Both the position numbers and the translations under genes were made by a program. Of a DNA stretch of 50,033 bases, positions 22,168-35,684 are shown one piece after another. Origin of the DNA: Phyllobates terribilis (lineage: Eukaryota); assembly GCF_046119375.1 (NCBI RefSeq), contig NW_027368416.1, positions 1 through 50,033 of the forward strand, read 5' to 3'. Position 1 is the first letter of the stretch, and every line of letters starts with the position of its first letter. The notes under the pieces are model-generated. The model searched no databases. It saw only the letters and a program-made list of their open reading frames with translations, and was not told the DNA's origin.

Positions 22168-23465
22168 CGATTGGCGGCATTTCGTACATCATAAAGATTG
22201 GAAATTATCATCAACTACAGGCGTATAAGGCCACATAAGGAGCATATTTCCGTGATCATGACTTTGTTGAGAAAAGTGTATAAATACGAGGATTACGTGC
22301 ACAAGGGAGAAGACGTGGAAGGAAAGGAGCGAACGCAAGTGAAGAAGAGACGCGAGAGGGGCACTTTGCCCTGGGCGTGACCACGCCCTAGATCGCGCGG
22401 CCAAGAAATGCAAGACGCACAGTGAAACGACCGCGCAACACATGACGTGCTCGTGCACCACCTTCTGAGGACGGCGTCGCCGCAACAACAGAAACGCGCT
22501 CGCGCCTTCAGCCGCCACAGCGTCACGAGAGGCCCTAGTTGCGAGACTTCAATTGGGCTTTCTACCTAGGTTTCATATGTATTTCAGACTGGACATCCAC
22601 ACCCTTCATTTAGGGTTTATAATTTTGGTTTAAGTTAGTCATTTCTTATAAATAGGGAGAGCTTTGCCTCCTCTCCAATATCTCATATTCCAATATACAT
22701 TTCATTTTACGTTATTAGCAATGAGCCAGGAGTAATCTCCTTAGACATTGTATGGTTAGGTTCGTGCGCCTAGGCTGATTCAATGTGAGGTTCATATCCT
22801 TTGTTCTTAATGTAATAATGTCTCTATTTCTTTAATCTCTTGCGCATAATATCTATTGAATTGAACATACTTTCTAGATTGATCACCTAGGTTGTTTAGT
22901 TCGATTTAATATTGCTTGGGCCTGGTTAATCCTAGTTGAAGAACCTTTCTTGCTTAGTGGTACAAATCTCTACTTGGACTAGTTAGACTTGTAGGATAGT
23001 TAGATTAATGAGGTATAGGCTCCAAGGGCAATATACCTTCCTATTTACTCATGAACTTAATTATGCCTAGGAGTTAGTCTTGATAGTTTCAAGGCTAGGT
23101 TGGTAGGTAAGACGTTGTTAGGACTAATTGATCTAACTATCAATATTAGTACATGGATTAGGGAAATTTAGAAGACATATAGGAATTACGAATAGAGATA
23201 GAAGCTGAATAGAAGGAACCTAGGACCATTCAATCAGACTAGTAGGTTAGACCAACCATATGAAGTGTTCGTCCCATTTCATCAAAACAAACAAAACAAT
23301 TTTCATTACCCCAAATTAGTTACTTTTCATTAGTTATTCTATCTAATATCATAAGAATTGATTACCTTTGGTTCCTTGTGGGATTCGACCCCGACTTGCC
23401 ACTCCACTTTAGTTGAGGAGTTAGAAGGGATTACTTTTATTGAGGGCCTAACGACCTCTCTGTCA
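22168..23465 (+). repeat. B2 LTR 2 (shared: PPT upstream, PBS downstream)
   Basis: AAGTATGGGGGTA precedes CGATTGGC; ends CTGTCA followed by AAT-TGGCGCCGTTTCTGGGGA (23469-23486). Confidence 0.92.
22647..22654 (+). promoter_or_regulatory. TATA box of the family B LTR promoter (equivalents at 17381, 28072, 36163, ~45780)
   Basis: TATAAATAGGG conserved at the same LTR position in five B LTRs and in the C LTR at 13254. Confidence 0.65.
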
Positions 23466-23541
23466 AATTGGCGCCGTTTCTGGGGAACCAATTTTCGTTT
23501 CTTACGATATTAGCTTGATTAACAGGGGGTCTGACTAGTTC

Positions 23542-26363
23542 ATGGTCAGTACCCGCGCTACCTTGCTGAGTTTATTCCAGAGATTGAACGTATCGGTAGA
23601 ACAAGACTACGAGAGAGAGCTGCTAAAACGATGAAACAAGCAGACTTTCCAATCAACAATGTGGCAACGGTGCAGACGCCGAAACAGCTGGAGGCCAATT
23701 GATTGCTTATGAATCAATTTCTTGAAGCATACGTGCAGCAGAACAACCTCACTTGAAACAGGATGTTGCTAGAGTGCACTACTCTCAACCTGACGCAGCA
23801 GCCTCAAGCGGTGATTCTACCACCACTTGCGCCGGGAGTGGCCTTCGACCTCAATTCCGGAGTGATCAACTTACTCCCCACCTTCCATGGGAAGCCTGTA
23901 GAAGACCCTATTATGCATCTAAATCAATTCCATGACATTTGTATGACGATGAAGCCAGGCAACGTGTCGGAGGTGCAAATCAAAATAAGGGAATTCGCAT
24001 TTACATTGAAGGATACGGCTAGAGCATGGTACTACCACCTCCCTACAGGCACCATTGACAGTTGGGAGAAGTTGCACTGGGAGTTTCTCAACCGCTACTT
24101 TCTGGTGATGAAAGCAAACGCACTAAAGAGGGAGATCGCGCAGGTTGAACAAAAGGAGGGAAAATTGTTGTACAACTATTTAGAGAGTTTAAAAGGGATG
24201 TGCGCTAGTTGCCTTTTTCATTGCTATGAACAGCAAGACCTTGTGTTGTTTCTTACTCAAGGGCTGTTATCGAATGAGATAAGGATTGTAGACACAGCGT
24301 GTAGTGGAAGTGTTCTCAATATGACCCTATAGGACATGATGTACAAGTTCCAAGATATGGCCGAGAGCACGAGGAGTTTCAGAAGAACGTACACTACAAG
24401 GGATGTCAACGTCGTGAACTCGAGCATAGAAGGATAAACTTGGATGGAGACTTAGCCGAGATCAAGAGAATGCTCGCTAAGTTGGTACCTACTGGAGAGC
24501 AGCGGCCCGCGCGACTCTGCGGAATTTGTGCGAGTACTAGTCACCATTCAGAGGCATGTAACGAGCTTACGGATGATACAATCGCGGAATGGAACGCGAT
24601 GGGAGGATATGGACCTCCTCTTCCATGGGAGAATTAGTAGAATATCCAACCATGTTACTGAGATCAGTAGGTTCAGTAGAAGTGGAGACCTCGTGAACAA
24701 CAACAGCATAATTAAATAGCTCCGAATATGGAGATGATTAAGGACTTGGGAAGACCGTCGCCACTCCCGCATCAACTGCCCAAAACTCCGACTCAAGGTT
24801 GAAAAATCTAGAAGTTCAAATGGTGCAGATAGCGCAGACCGTCTCGACATTAGCGCAGAACAACTCCAACTCACTACCAGCCTAGACGATGGTAAATCCA
24901 TACCAGAATGTGGCAAGCACGAGTCAGAATCTGAAAAATATTAGTACAACGGCGTTAAGAAGTGGTAAAAACTCCGAGAAGAAGGCAAGACAATAGGAAG
25001 AAGAAGTACAAGACCCGAGAAAGGCGCACCCGTGCATGGAAATGCGTGACCGCGAGCCCCTTACAGAAGTTGACCCGCGACCGCACATAGACCCACGTGC
25101 CCGCGTTGGAGGACTGTGTGACAGCGCCACCCTGGTGCGCGACCGCGTGTTGACCGAACCAGTTTCCGAAAGTTTGGCGCCATCGCGCCTACAAAGCACA
25201 ACAACATCCTGGTTACAGAAATAGAGACACGACCGTGTCTGGTTGAGCGCGCCCGCATTATACCCTCTATTGAAAATGACTACACTGAGAAGGAAAAGGT
25301 GGAAAAGAAGGTCCGATGGAGGAAGAAGAAGAACTAGAAGATCCAAGAGGCTATTTCAAGCTCCACCAGAGCAACTATATTCGCCCAAAATTCCCTCCGC
25401 TTGGTTCATAGAAGCCTCCTACCCGATTCCCAGAAGAACTAAAGGATACTAGAAGGCCAAAGGACAATAAAGAGCTATTCGAAATCTTCAATACATATGC
25501 CGTGAATATTCCCTTACTCACGCTAATCCAAAGTATATCGTGGTACGCGAAGTTCCTCAAGGTGCATTTCATGGTAAAAAGGAAGAAAAAGAAGAAAGAA
25601 ACCAGCAAAGTAGAGGCCGGAGAGGTAGTGTCCGCAATCTACCAGCAGTGCATGCCTCGTAAGTTCAACAATCCAGGTATGGTCACTGTCCCTTGCCAAA
25701 TTGGCAATACCAATTTTGATCGAGCTATGTTAGATCTAGGGGCTACTATAAATGTCTTTCCATATTCCCTATGAAAGCAATTAGGACTTGGCCCCATAAA
25801 TGAAACAAATATTCTAGTCCGATTAGTTGATGGGTCAACTATTCTCTCTAAAGGAGGTGTAGAGAATATGTTGGTTAAGGTAGATAGGCTTTTCTTCCCC
25901 ACATACTTTTGTATGTTGGAAATGGAAAATGATAGAGAGGGTGTACCTATAATTTTGTGTAGACCATTTATTAGAACATCTGACACTAAAGTGGACTTAG
26001 GGAGATGGATATTATCTTTGGAGTTTGATGGAGATGTAGTCAGCTTTGATATCGATAGTGATGGGGAGTCTGGAGATGAAATAACGAATGTTTTTGTTAT
26101 TAAGATAATGGATCCCGAGAGGTATGTTGATAGTGTAGATCTAGCATTGGCCGATGGTCCCCCATGCTAATATTAGAAGGAAAAATCACACTTTTTCTTC
26201 CACCAATATTTCAGGTTTGAAAGTGACGTCTGAGTTACCACCGGGACACTATGTGGTGAAGAAGAAGGGATACAATAAGGAGCTCACAAAGGAGAGAGAA
26301 GGAATTAAGCAATAATGGTTACGGAAGGATGAGTTGGCCCAGAGATTGGTCGAAGCAGGATGA
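23542..26363 (+). pseudogene. gag: B2 unit 2 gag-protease
   Basis: ORF pieces 23763-24332 (Gag core), knuckle CGICASTSHHSEAC, protease AMLDLGATINV (25502-25774, 25868-26170). Confidence 0.9.
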
Positions 26364-27562
26364 GAGAGAGGTGCGTCAAGCCAACGATGTTAAACAAAGG
26401 CGCTGACCGGGAGGTAATCCTGCGAAGAGGTAATTTATATTTTTCCTACTTGATTATATGTGTCCTTGTTTCACAATGAGGACATTGTGTAGTTTAAGTG
26501 TGGGGGAGGAGATTAGCCTCGCATATCCCTGCATTTAAAATTTTGAATCAGTTTTCCCCTTTTTGTTGAATTTTGAATTTTTAGAGTTGGTATCCATAGT
26601 TTTTACCTTGTTTGTGACAGTGTGATCTTCGACAAAGATGATCTTCAAGTTTTCTTACTATGCCTTAGATGTTAATATTTCAAGTATGTGTAGTGAGGAT
26701 ATGTTGGATTAAGTAGAGGACATAGGCTCGAGCATGTGGAGTATGATTAAGACGCACTGGAACCTTATTTAGAGTACATAATCACCACATTTTCTCTAAA
26801 TTTATGATTATATCATAATAATAATGTTCTCGTCCACTTTACAAGAAAAAAAGAGATAAAGAAAAAAGCATATAGGTAGTGAGCTCCAAGTAAAGAAAGT
26901 CGGAAGAGCACACGATGTCCAAGGTGTGAAAAAGAACAAAGGGATCGATCCACCATGATCTATTAATCAAAGAGTCTCATAGGAACCTGGACCATAAAAT
27001 AAACAGGCTCTACCTAGAAAAGCAATATTTTGGTCTGGACCATAAAATGGACAGACCCTGCAGCCAAAATGTAAAGGTGTAAAAAGTGTAATAGGATAAA
27101 TGGAGAAAGGAAAAATGCATGTGTTATAACTTGAGTGAAGTTTGGTTGATGGTTGTTTTTCAATAATTTTGAAACTTTTGTAGAATTATAATAAGTAGGA
27201 AGCATGTTAGGACCATCTCTAGTCGCTTATTTAATACTTCATTATTCATATTTATATATTACTTAAGTAGAGACGTCTTCGGTATAGTGTGGAGGTTTAG
27301 GTGATTTCATTTGCGTCGAAGTAAACATAGTTCAAATCTTGGGGGATACTAGGTAGCATCGTTAGAGTTTAGCTAGTTACATTGCATTACATTGAAGTTG
27401 TTATCTAGAGTCAGAATCTACACCTGTTATTCTATGATGCTAGGTACCATGAGCCAGAAGTTGATCGATGACCACTTCGGTTGTACCATCCGTACTCACA
27501 GATCCCACCAAGAATTAGTCGCAGATTACTCAAGGACGAGCAGTAGTTCAAGTGTGGGGGTA

Positions 27563-28174
27563 TGATTGGCGGCATTTCATACATCATAAAGAGTGGAAAC
27601 TATCATCAACTACAGGTGTACTAGGCCACATAAGGAGCATATTGTCATGACCATGACTTCGTGGAGCAAAGAGTATAAATACAAGGATTATGTGCACAAG
27701 GGAGAAGATGAGGAAGGCAAGGAGCGAACGCAAGTGACGAAGAGACGTGAGAGGGGCACTTTGCCCTGTGCGCGACCGTGCCCTAGCTTGCGCGGCCAAG
27801 AAATGCAAGTCACACAGTGGCGAGGCCGAGAAATGCAAGTCGCATAGTGGCGTGACCGCGCCGCACATGACGCGCCCGCGCACCACCTTCTGAGGACGGT
27901 GTGATCGCGCCTACAGAAACACGCCTGTGCCTTCAGCCTCCACAGCGCCGCGAGAAGCCCTATTTTCGGGACATTAATTGGGCTTTCTACCTAGGTTTCA
28001 TATGTATTTCGGGCTGGACATCCACGCACATCGTTTAGGGTTTATCATTTAGGTTTAAGTTAGTCTTTTCTTATAAATAGGGAGATCTTTTCCTCCTCCC
28101 GAGTATCTCCTACTCCAATATACATTTCATTTTATGCTATTAGCAATGAGCCAGGAGTAATCTCCTTAGACTTT
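27563..28174 (+). repeat. B2 LTR 3, 5' half (duplicate copy 1), interrupted by family A
   Basis: PPT AAGTGTGGGGGTA then TGATTGGC; stops at ACTTT where the A LTR begins. Confidence 0.9.
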
Positions 28175-31100
28175 TGATAGGAGTTTATTATATGGTGTTA
28201 ACTAGCGACAATTAGCTTAGGATTAGTGGTGTTTAGGTGCTTATAGAGTGGTATTCCCGGTATCCGGTTTGGTGTTCATTTATGGATTTGCGGGATGCTC
28301 GTAAGTGGTATTTTATGGTTTTATTATGGAGATCCCGGTTGTGCTCACTTTTAGTGCATTCGGGATGGACATAGAGAGAAGGATACCATGCCTACACCCA
28401 AGGAGAAGCCGAGTGGCAAAAGCGAGCTGCCTCGACGCTTGTAGAACACCGAAGACCAGCTCGAGATAGGAAGTCACGGCCGAGAGAAGGTGTCGCGACT
28501 GAGATCCCGCCCCAGAGAAGAAGTCACGACCGAGACCTACATGTCGCGATCGAGACTTAGCCTCAGTTGGCTTGTCATGACCGAGACCATCCTGTCCCGA
28601 TCTTTTCCTTACACTGACCTGGGAAATGAGGCCATATCGCGATCGTGACCTACATGTCTCGGTCGCGACAACATAAACGAAGGCCCAATATGAATATTTT
28701 ATCCGAGATTCTGATTAGTTTTTCCACATCGTTTTAGTTATTTTGATTATTAATGTTTCCCTTTACTAGATACTATATAAGTCATTAGAAATTAGGTTAG
28801 AAGGACCATTGATTCTTTTTCCAACTTCATCCTTAGAAATTCAGCAGCCAAGAAGAAAGCTTCCACCTTTGTTCCACTTTCATCATCCTCCCTAGTTTGT
28901 TTTCATCATTATTATGTATTGCTTTCGATTGGCTATGTCTGGCTAAGATCCTTCTAGTTAACTCTTAGGTTGAAGCCATTATTCTAGGAAACGTTTATGA
29001 GAATTCTTATGTTTATGTTTTAAGTTTAATTTCAGGATTGTTTTATGATCTCTTGTACTTTATTGATTATTGATTGATCTTGATTTTATCTAAGTTTCAA
29101 ACTAGGTTGATTAATTATCCATCATGTTGCAAGGCTTGATAATTCGATTTGAAAAGTCTTGTCTTTCAGATAGCAATCAGAATTTGCATAGACTATTTGC
29201 GAGTGCTTATTTTGTAGAGATTATAAACCTGTGGCGAGTATCGGTGATTTGCCAATGGTATTGCATAGCCCTACTTATCTTTGATCTTTTTGTTGTTGTG
29301 CTTTTGAACCTTGGGATTTCCTTGGTTATTGCTTACATTAAGGGTTTCTAGGACTATTTGGACTAGTTGCTATTTACGAACAAAGAGTAGGACAACTGGA
29401 TTAGATAATTAAGAATATAGGATTAAAGGAATTCGATGATCAACATCCCAATAGAATAATGCGCTGATGCTAAAGGAGTAAGCTTTCCATCATTATTGTT
29501 TACAAACTCAACGTTATTTGCTTTATAATTGCTAGTTTAGGATTACAATCTTAAACCCCAATCTGTTACTACTAGGTAGAACCAATAGAAATAAACTATC
29601 GTTCTGGCTCTCTTGGGATTCGACCCCTTCTTACCGCTTTACTAGTGGATTTATTAAGTTGGGTATCTTTGATAGGAACATAGACCGTTTTACGCCTGTC
29701 AAATTTTGGCCCCGTTGCCGGGGAGCCAACTGTTTTAGTTTTATTTCTTTTTGTGTTACTATTCTGGTGTGGACCTATCTTATGGTCCACACTCACGCTA
29801 CTAATTCATATTTTCTTCATTTCATTCCAGAGACAGAGCGGACGCACCTTCGCAACCTGCGACAATCTCTACAGAATCTAGTACTCGAATTGATGGCTGC
29901 AAGAACGTTGTGAGAGCTTATAGACCCAGATCTGACACAACAACACTTAGGAGTGATGATGCTTGCTCTGAATGATGGCGTTACATTTGAGTTAATGACC
30001 GGTTTCATCAACCTGCTACCAAAGTTCCATGGCCTGGTTGGGGAAGACCCGATTGTGCATCTTAGTGAGTTCCACGACATCTGCTGCTGCAGTAAGCCGA
30101 GTAATGTCACCGACGAGCAGATTAAGATGAGAGCCTTTGGTCTTACATTGAAGGACAGCGCGCGTCAATGGTATTATTTGCTACCCACCGGAAGTACCGA
30201 AACTTGGGATAAGATACACAAAGCCTTGCTCAGTAAGTATTTCCCGTCCAAGAAGGCGGTTGCGTGGAAAAGGGCGATTGCTATGGTGGAGCAACACGAT
30301 GATGAGTCGTTGTACGACTATGTGGAAAGATTCGCGAGATTATGTGCTAGCTGCCCATTCCATGGGATTTGAGGAGAAAGATTTGGTAACACACCTTTAC
30401 AATGGGTTACTCGACAATGAGAGAAGGTTAGTGGACGATGCATGTAACGGGAGTGTCCTGAATTTGACTCTTGCCGAAGCCAGAGCCTGACTAAATGAGA
30501 TTGCTGAGGGAATGAGAAGTTTCGGAAGGACGTACACGAGGAAAGGAACAAACGCTGTGAATTCTGGAGAGCCCGAATGGAAGGATGAGATAGCTGAGTT
30601 GAAAAGTATGATCAAGAACATTACCTTTGGAAATCAGAAACCTGCGAGAGTATGTGGCATTTGTGCGGAGTAGAGCCATCCTACCGATATGTGCCCGTAA
30701 CTCCAGGACCAAACCATCACTGAAGTACATGATGTAGGAGTTTTTGGACCACCTAGACCTCGGTATTAGAACAACAACTACTACTACAACCAGCGAGAAA
30801 ATAACAACTATAATCCGAGAGGTAATGATCACCCTATTTTTAGATGGAGCGGCCCAGCTGTGGGGCAGAATAGACAATATCAATACAACAACCAGTACCG
30901 TGCTCCATACCCACCGAAATCCGAAGAACCGTTGATGGAGGAAATTCTCAAGTCCTTGACCAAACACTTCATCGCTCATGTTCAAACAAACGAATCGAGC
31001 ATAAGAAGTATAGAGAAACAGTCCGCACAGATAGCGGAGGCGGTTAATAATCTGCAACAGCCGAGTTTGGGAAAGCTATCATAGCAAACTGTTACAGCTC

Positions 31101-33156
31101 CTAGAGAAAATGTGAGTGCCATCATGATACGAGGTGGACAAGCTCTTGATGAAAAGGTAGAAGAAGAGATGTTGAGAAAGGAGGCTGAACATCTGTCACG
31201 ACCGAGACAAGAAGGTCGCGATCAACATTCGGCCACCGAGAAGGTTCCTGAGCTGATGTCACAACCGAGACAGGAAGGTCGCGACCGAGATTTGCCCCAG
31301 TAGAGATGTCGCGATCACGACAGGCACATCACTACCGAGATGACGGTACTTCAATTTTTGAAAAAATGATCGAAAAGGATCACGATCGTGACAAAATGTC
31401 ACGACCGCGACTTAGCCCCATTTTACCCTGTCACGATTGTAATCAACCACCTTGACCGCGACCAAGTGTTGATGTCTGTGAGGAAAAGGAGATCTTTGAA
31501 ACACTCAGTAAGTGTAAGGTGAATATCCCTCTCCCAAAACTCATCAAGAGTGTTCCTCGTTATGCTACACGTTTAAAGGAGCTCTGTACTAAGAAGAGAA
31601 GTTAGAAGCTGCAAGGAAGGTAGAAGGTTCAGGTAAGCGAAAGAGTTTCGGCGGCCATCCAACGAAAGATAGCTACCAAGCGTTCAGATCCATGGATGGT
31701 AAGTATCCCCTACACTATAGGTAAAACAAAAATTGATAGGTCCATGCTAGATTTAGGTGCTTATATTAATGTTTTGCCATACTCATTGTACAAATCATTA
31801 GAATTAGGACATATGAGTAAAACAGGGGTTGTGCTTCAACTAGCTGACGGGTCTATGATTTACCCGAAAGGGTTAGTCGAAGATGTAATGGTTATGGTAG
31901 AGGACCTTATATTTCCTGCGGATTTTTATGTTCTAGGTGATAATCATGATACGCAGGCTGCACCTGTCCTTCTAGGTAGACCCTTCATGCGGATAGCTAA
32001 AACTAAGCTAGATCTAGATACCGGGGCGCTTACGCTCGAGTTTGATGGGGATGTTGTCAATTTTAAAATATATGAGACCGCGACACAATCCCTGGATGAT
32101 GGCTTGGTATTTTGTATTAATGATGTTATTAAAACCCCCTAACTAGGCTCGAATGTTGTTTTGGGCAGTATCCCCACCTCACTAACCACACATGGAAAGA
32201 AACCTGCTAAAGCTGTTGTGCAGGTTACGAAGAAAGCAAAACAATGACCCAGGGTAAGTCTAAGTGTGGTGAGAGTAAGGAGAAAAAGAAACCCAAGAAA
32301 AAATGGGTGGTTAAGGAAGAGAATGGTCTAAGGTTCAAACCTTTCCATCCGTGGTTCAAAAAGCTACTGTTCGATGATGCGATCTGGAAGGGATTGAAAA
32401 ACGATGGTTGAGTCATTCTACGTCGTGCCGCGACGTTAACTAAGGCGTTGATCGGGAGGCAACCTGAGGGAAGAGTACTAACGTTTCTCCCATTATTGTG
32501 TTGTTTTTGTGTTCTTTTTCAGGAAAAATCACGGGAGCTAGCAGGTAGGAAGCCATTGGAGAAGTAAAACCAACACAACCACCCAAACTCACCCATGTCG
32601 CGATCGCGGACAATGCATCACGATCGAGAGTTTGTCCCAGTAGAGATCTCACGATTGCGACCTACACAACACGACCGCGACACGGCACCAGCCTTTGCTC
32701 AATTTGGACGACGACGACGATGGTTGATCGGGGTGTTTTCTTCCTCTGCCCTTTTTAGGAGTCCTCTTTTTCTACATTGAGGACAATGCGCTATTCAAGT
32801 GTAGGGAGAGGATTTGACGTGCCGAGGAGTTCTATGATGTTGTTTTTGGTGTTTTTGCTTTGTTTTGGGTCTATTCTATTGATGTCTTGTGCTGTTTTTT
32901 CCCAGTTATCGAGTCTGTACCGGATTTGTCTTTCTTGAACTCTTGCATCGTTTTGTTTTAAGAAAAAAAAAAATTGAAAAAATCAGAAAACCCTGGAGAG
33001 TAAAAAGTGAATGAATCAAAAAGGGGGGCTCAAACAAAAAATATTAAAAAATTAAAAAATAAAAGAATAAAACCAGGCAAGTAGAAAAAGATTAAAAAGA
33101 AAAAGGTGGGCGCGTGAAAAATAAAAAATAAGAGAAGAAAAAGAAATAGTTCCTAC
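28175..33156 (+). mobile_element. A2: 5' portion of the family A element (duplicate copy), truncated in its 3' non-coding region
   Basis: LTR 28175-29701, PBS 29707-29724 (TGGCCCCGTTGCCGGGGA), gag-AP, post-ORF motif; switches to B sequence at AGTTCCTAC|GTGCCCC. Confidence 0.9.
29782..32411 (+). pseudogene. gag: A2 gag-protease
   Basis: ORF pieces 29953-30372 (Gag core) and 31696-32142 (SMLDLGAYINV protease). Confidence 0.9.
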
Positions 33157-35684
33157 GTGCCCCTTACAGAAGTTGACCCACGAGCCCTTTACAGAAGTTG
33201 ACCCGCGACTGCGCATAGACCCACGTGCCTGCGTTGGAGGACTGTGTGACAGCGCCACCTTGGTGCGCGACCGCGTGTTGACGGAGCCAGTTTCCAAAAG
33301 TTTGGCGTGATCAGGCCTATCGAGCACGACCGCAACCTGGCTACAGAAATAGAGATACGACCGTGTCTGGTTGAGCGCGCCCGCATTATACGCTCTGCTG
33401 AAGATGACTAGACTGAGAAGGAAAAGGTGGAAAAGAAGGTCCGATGGAGGAAGAAGAAGAACTAGAAGATCCAAGAGGCTATTTCAAGCTCCATCAGAGC
33501 AACTATATTCGCCCAAACTTCCCTCCGCTCGGTTGATAAAAGCCTCCGACCCGATTCCCAAAAGCACTAAGGAATATTAGAAGGCCAACGGACGATAAAG
33601 AGCTATTCGAAATCTTCAATACATATGCTGTGAATATTCCCTTACTCAAGCTAGTCCAAAGTATATCGTGGTATGCGAAGTTCCTCAAGGAGCATTCATG
33701 GTAAAAAGGAAGAAAAAGAAGAAAGAAACCAGCAAAGTAAAGGCCGGAGATGTAGTGTCCGCAATCTACCACCACCGCATGCCTCGTAAGTTCAACAATC
33801 CAGGTATGGTCATTGTCCATTGCCAAATTGGCAATACGAATTTTGATCGAGCTATGTTAGATCTAGGGGCTACTATAAATGTCTTCCCATATTCCCTATG
33901 CAAGAAATTAGGACTTGGCCCCATAAATGAAACAAATATTCTTGTCCGATTAGTTGATGGGTCGACTATTCTCCCTGAAGGAGCTGTAGAGAATATGTTG
34001 GTTAAGGTAGATAGGCTTTTCTTCCCACATACTTTTATGTGCTGGACATGGAAAATGATAGAGAGGGTGTAACTGTAATTTTGGGTAGACCATTTATTAG
34101 AACGTCTGACACTAAAGTGGACTTAGGGAGATGGACAATATCTTTGGAGTTTGATGGAGATGTTGTCAGCTTTGATATCGATAGTGATGGGGAGTCTGGA
34201 GATAAAATAACGAATGTTTTTGGTATTAAGATAATAGATCCCGAGAGGTATGTTGATAGTGTAGATCTAGCATTGGCCGATGGTCCCCCATGCTAATATT
34301 AGAAGGAAAAATCACACTTTTTCTTCCACCAATATTTCAGGTGCCGAAAGTGACGTCTTAGTTACCACCGGGACACTATGTGGTGAAGAAGAAGGGATAC
34401 GATATGGAGCTCACAAAGGAGAGAGAAGGAATTAAGCAGTACTGGATACGGAAGGATGAGTTGGCCCAGAGATTGGTCGAAGCATGATGAGAGAGAGGTG
34501 CTTCAAGCCAACGATGTTAAACAAAGGCGCTGACTGGGAGGCAACCCGGCGAAGAGGTAATTTATATTTTTCCCATTTGAGTTATATGTGTCCTTGTTTC
34601 ACAATGAGGACATTGTCTAGTTTAAGTGTGGGGGAGGAGATTAGCCTCGCATATCCCTGCATTTAAAATTTTGAGTCAGTTTTCCCCTTTTGTTGAATTT
34701 TGAATTTTTAGAGTTGGTATCCTTAGTTTTTCCCTTGTTTGTGACAGTGTGATCTTCGACAAAGTTGATCTTTAAGTTTTCTTACTATGTCTTAGATGTT
34801 AATATTTCAAGTATGTGTGGTGAGGATATGGTTGGATTAAGTAGAGGACATAGGCTCGAGCATGTGGAGTATGATTAAGACGCACTGGAATCTTATTTAT
34901 AGTACATAATCACCACATTTTCTCTAAATTTATCATTATAACATAACAATATTGTTCTCGTCCATTTTACAAGAAAAAAAAAGAAAAAAGTATAAAGGTA
35001 GTGGGCTCCAAGTAAAGAAAGTCGGAAGAGCACACAATGTCCAAGGTGTGAAATAGAACAAAGGGATCGATCCTCCATAATCTATTAATCAAAGAGTCTC
35101 ATAGGAACCTGGACCGTAAAATGGACAGGCTCTACCTAGAAAAAAAATATTTTGGTCTGGACCATAAAATGGACAGACCCTGTAGCCAAAATGTAAATAT
35201 GTAAAAAGTGTAATAGGATAAATGGAGAAAGGAAAAATGCATGTGGTATAACCTGAGTGAAGTGTGGTTGATGGTTATTTTTCAACAATTTTGAAACTTG
35301 TGCAGAATTGTCATAAGTAGGAAGCATGTTAGGACCATCTCTAGTCGCTTATTTAATACTTCATTATTCACATTTATATATTACTTAAGTAGAGACGTCT
35401 TCGGCATAGTGTGGAGGTTTAGGTGATTTCATTTGCGTTGAAGTAATCATAGTTCAAATCTTGGGGGATACTTGGTAGCATCATTAGAGTTTAGCTAGTT
35501 ACATTGCATTACTCTGAAGTTGTTATCTAGAGTCAGAATCTACACCTGTTATTCTATGATGCTAGGTACCATGAGCTAGAAGTTGATCGATGACCACTTT
35601 GGTTGTACCATCTGTACTCACAGAGCCAACAAAGAATTATTCGCAGATTACTCGAGGACGAGCAATAGTTCAAGTGTGGGGGTA
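33157..35684 (+). pseudogene. Family B linker-protease and 3' non-coding region (duplicate copy 2)
   Basis: About 88-90% similar by eye to 25056-27562; AMLDLGATINV in ORF 33668-34072; PPT before 35685. Confidence 0.88.
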
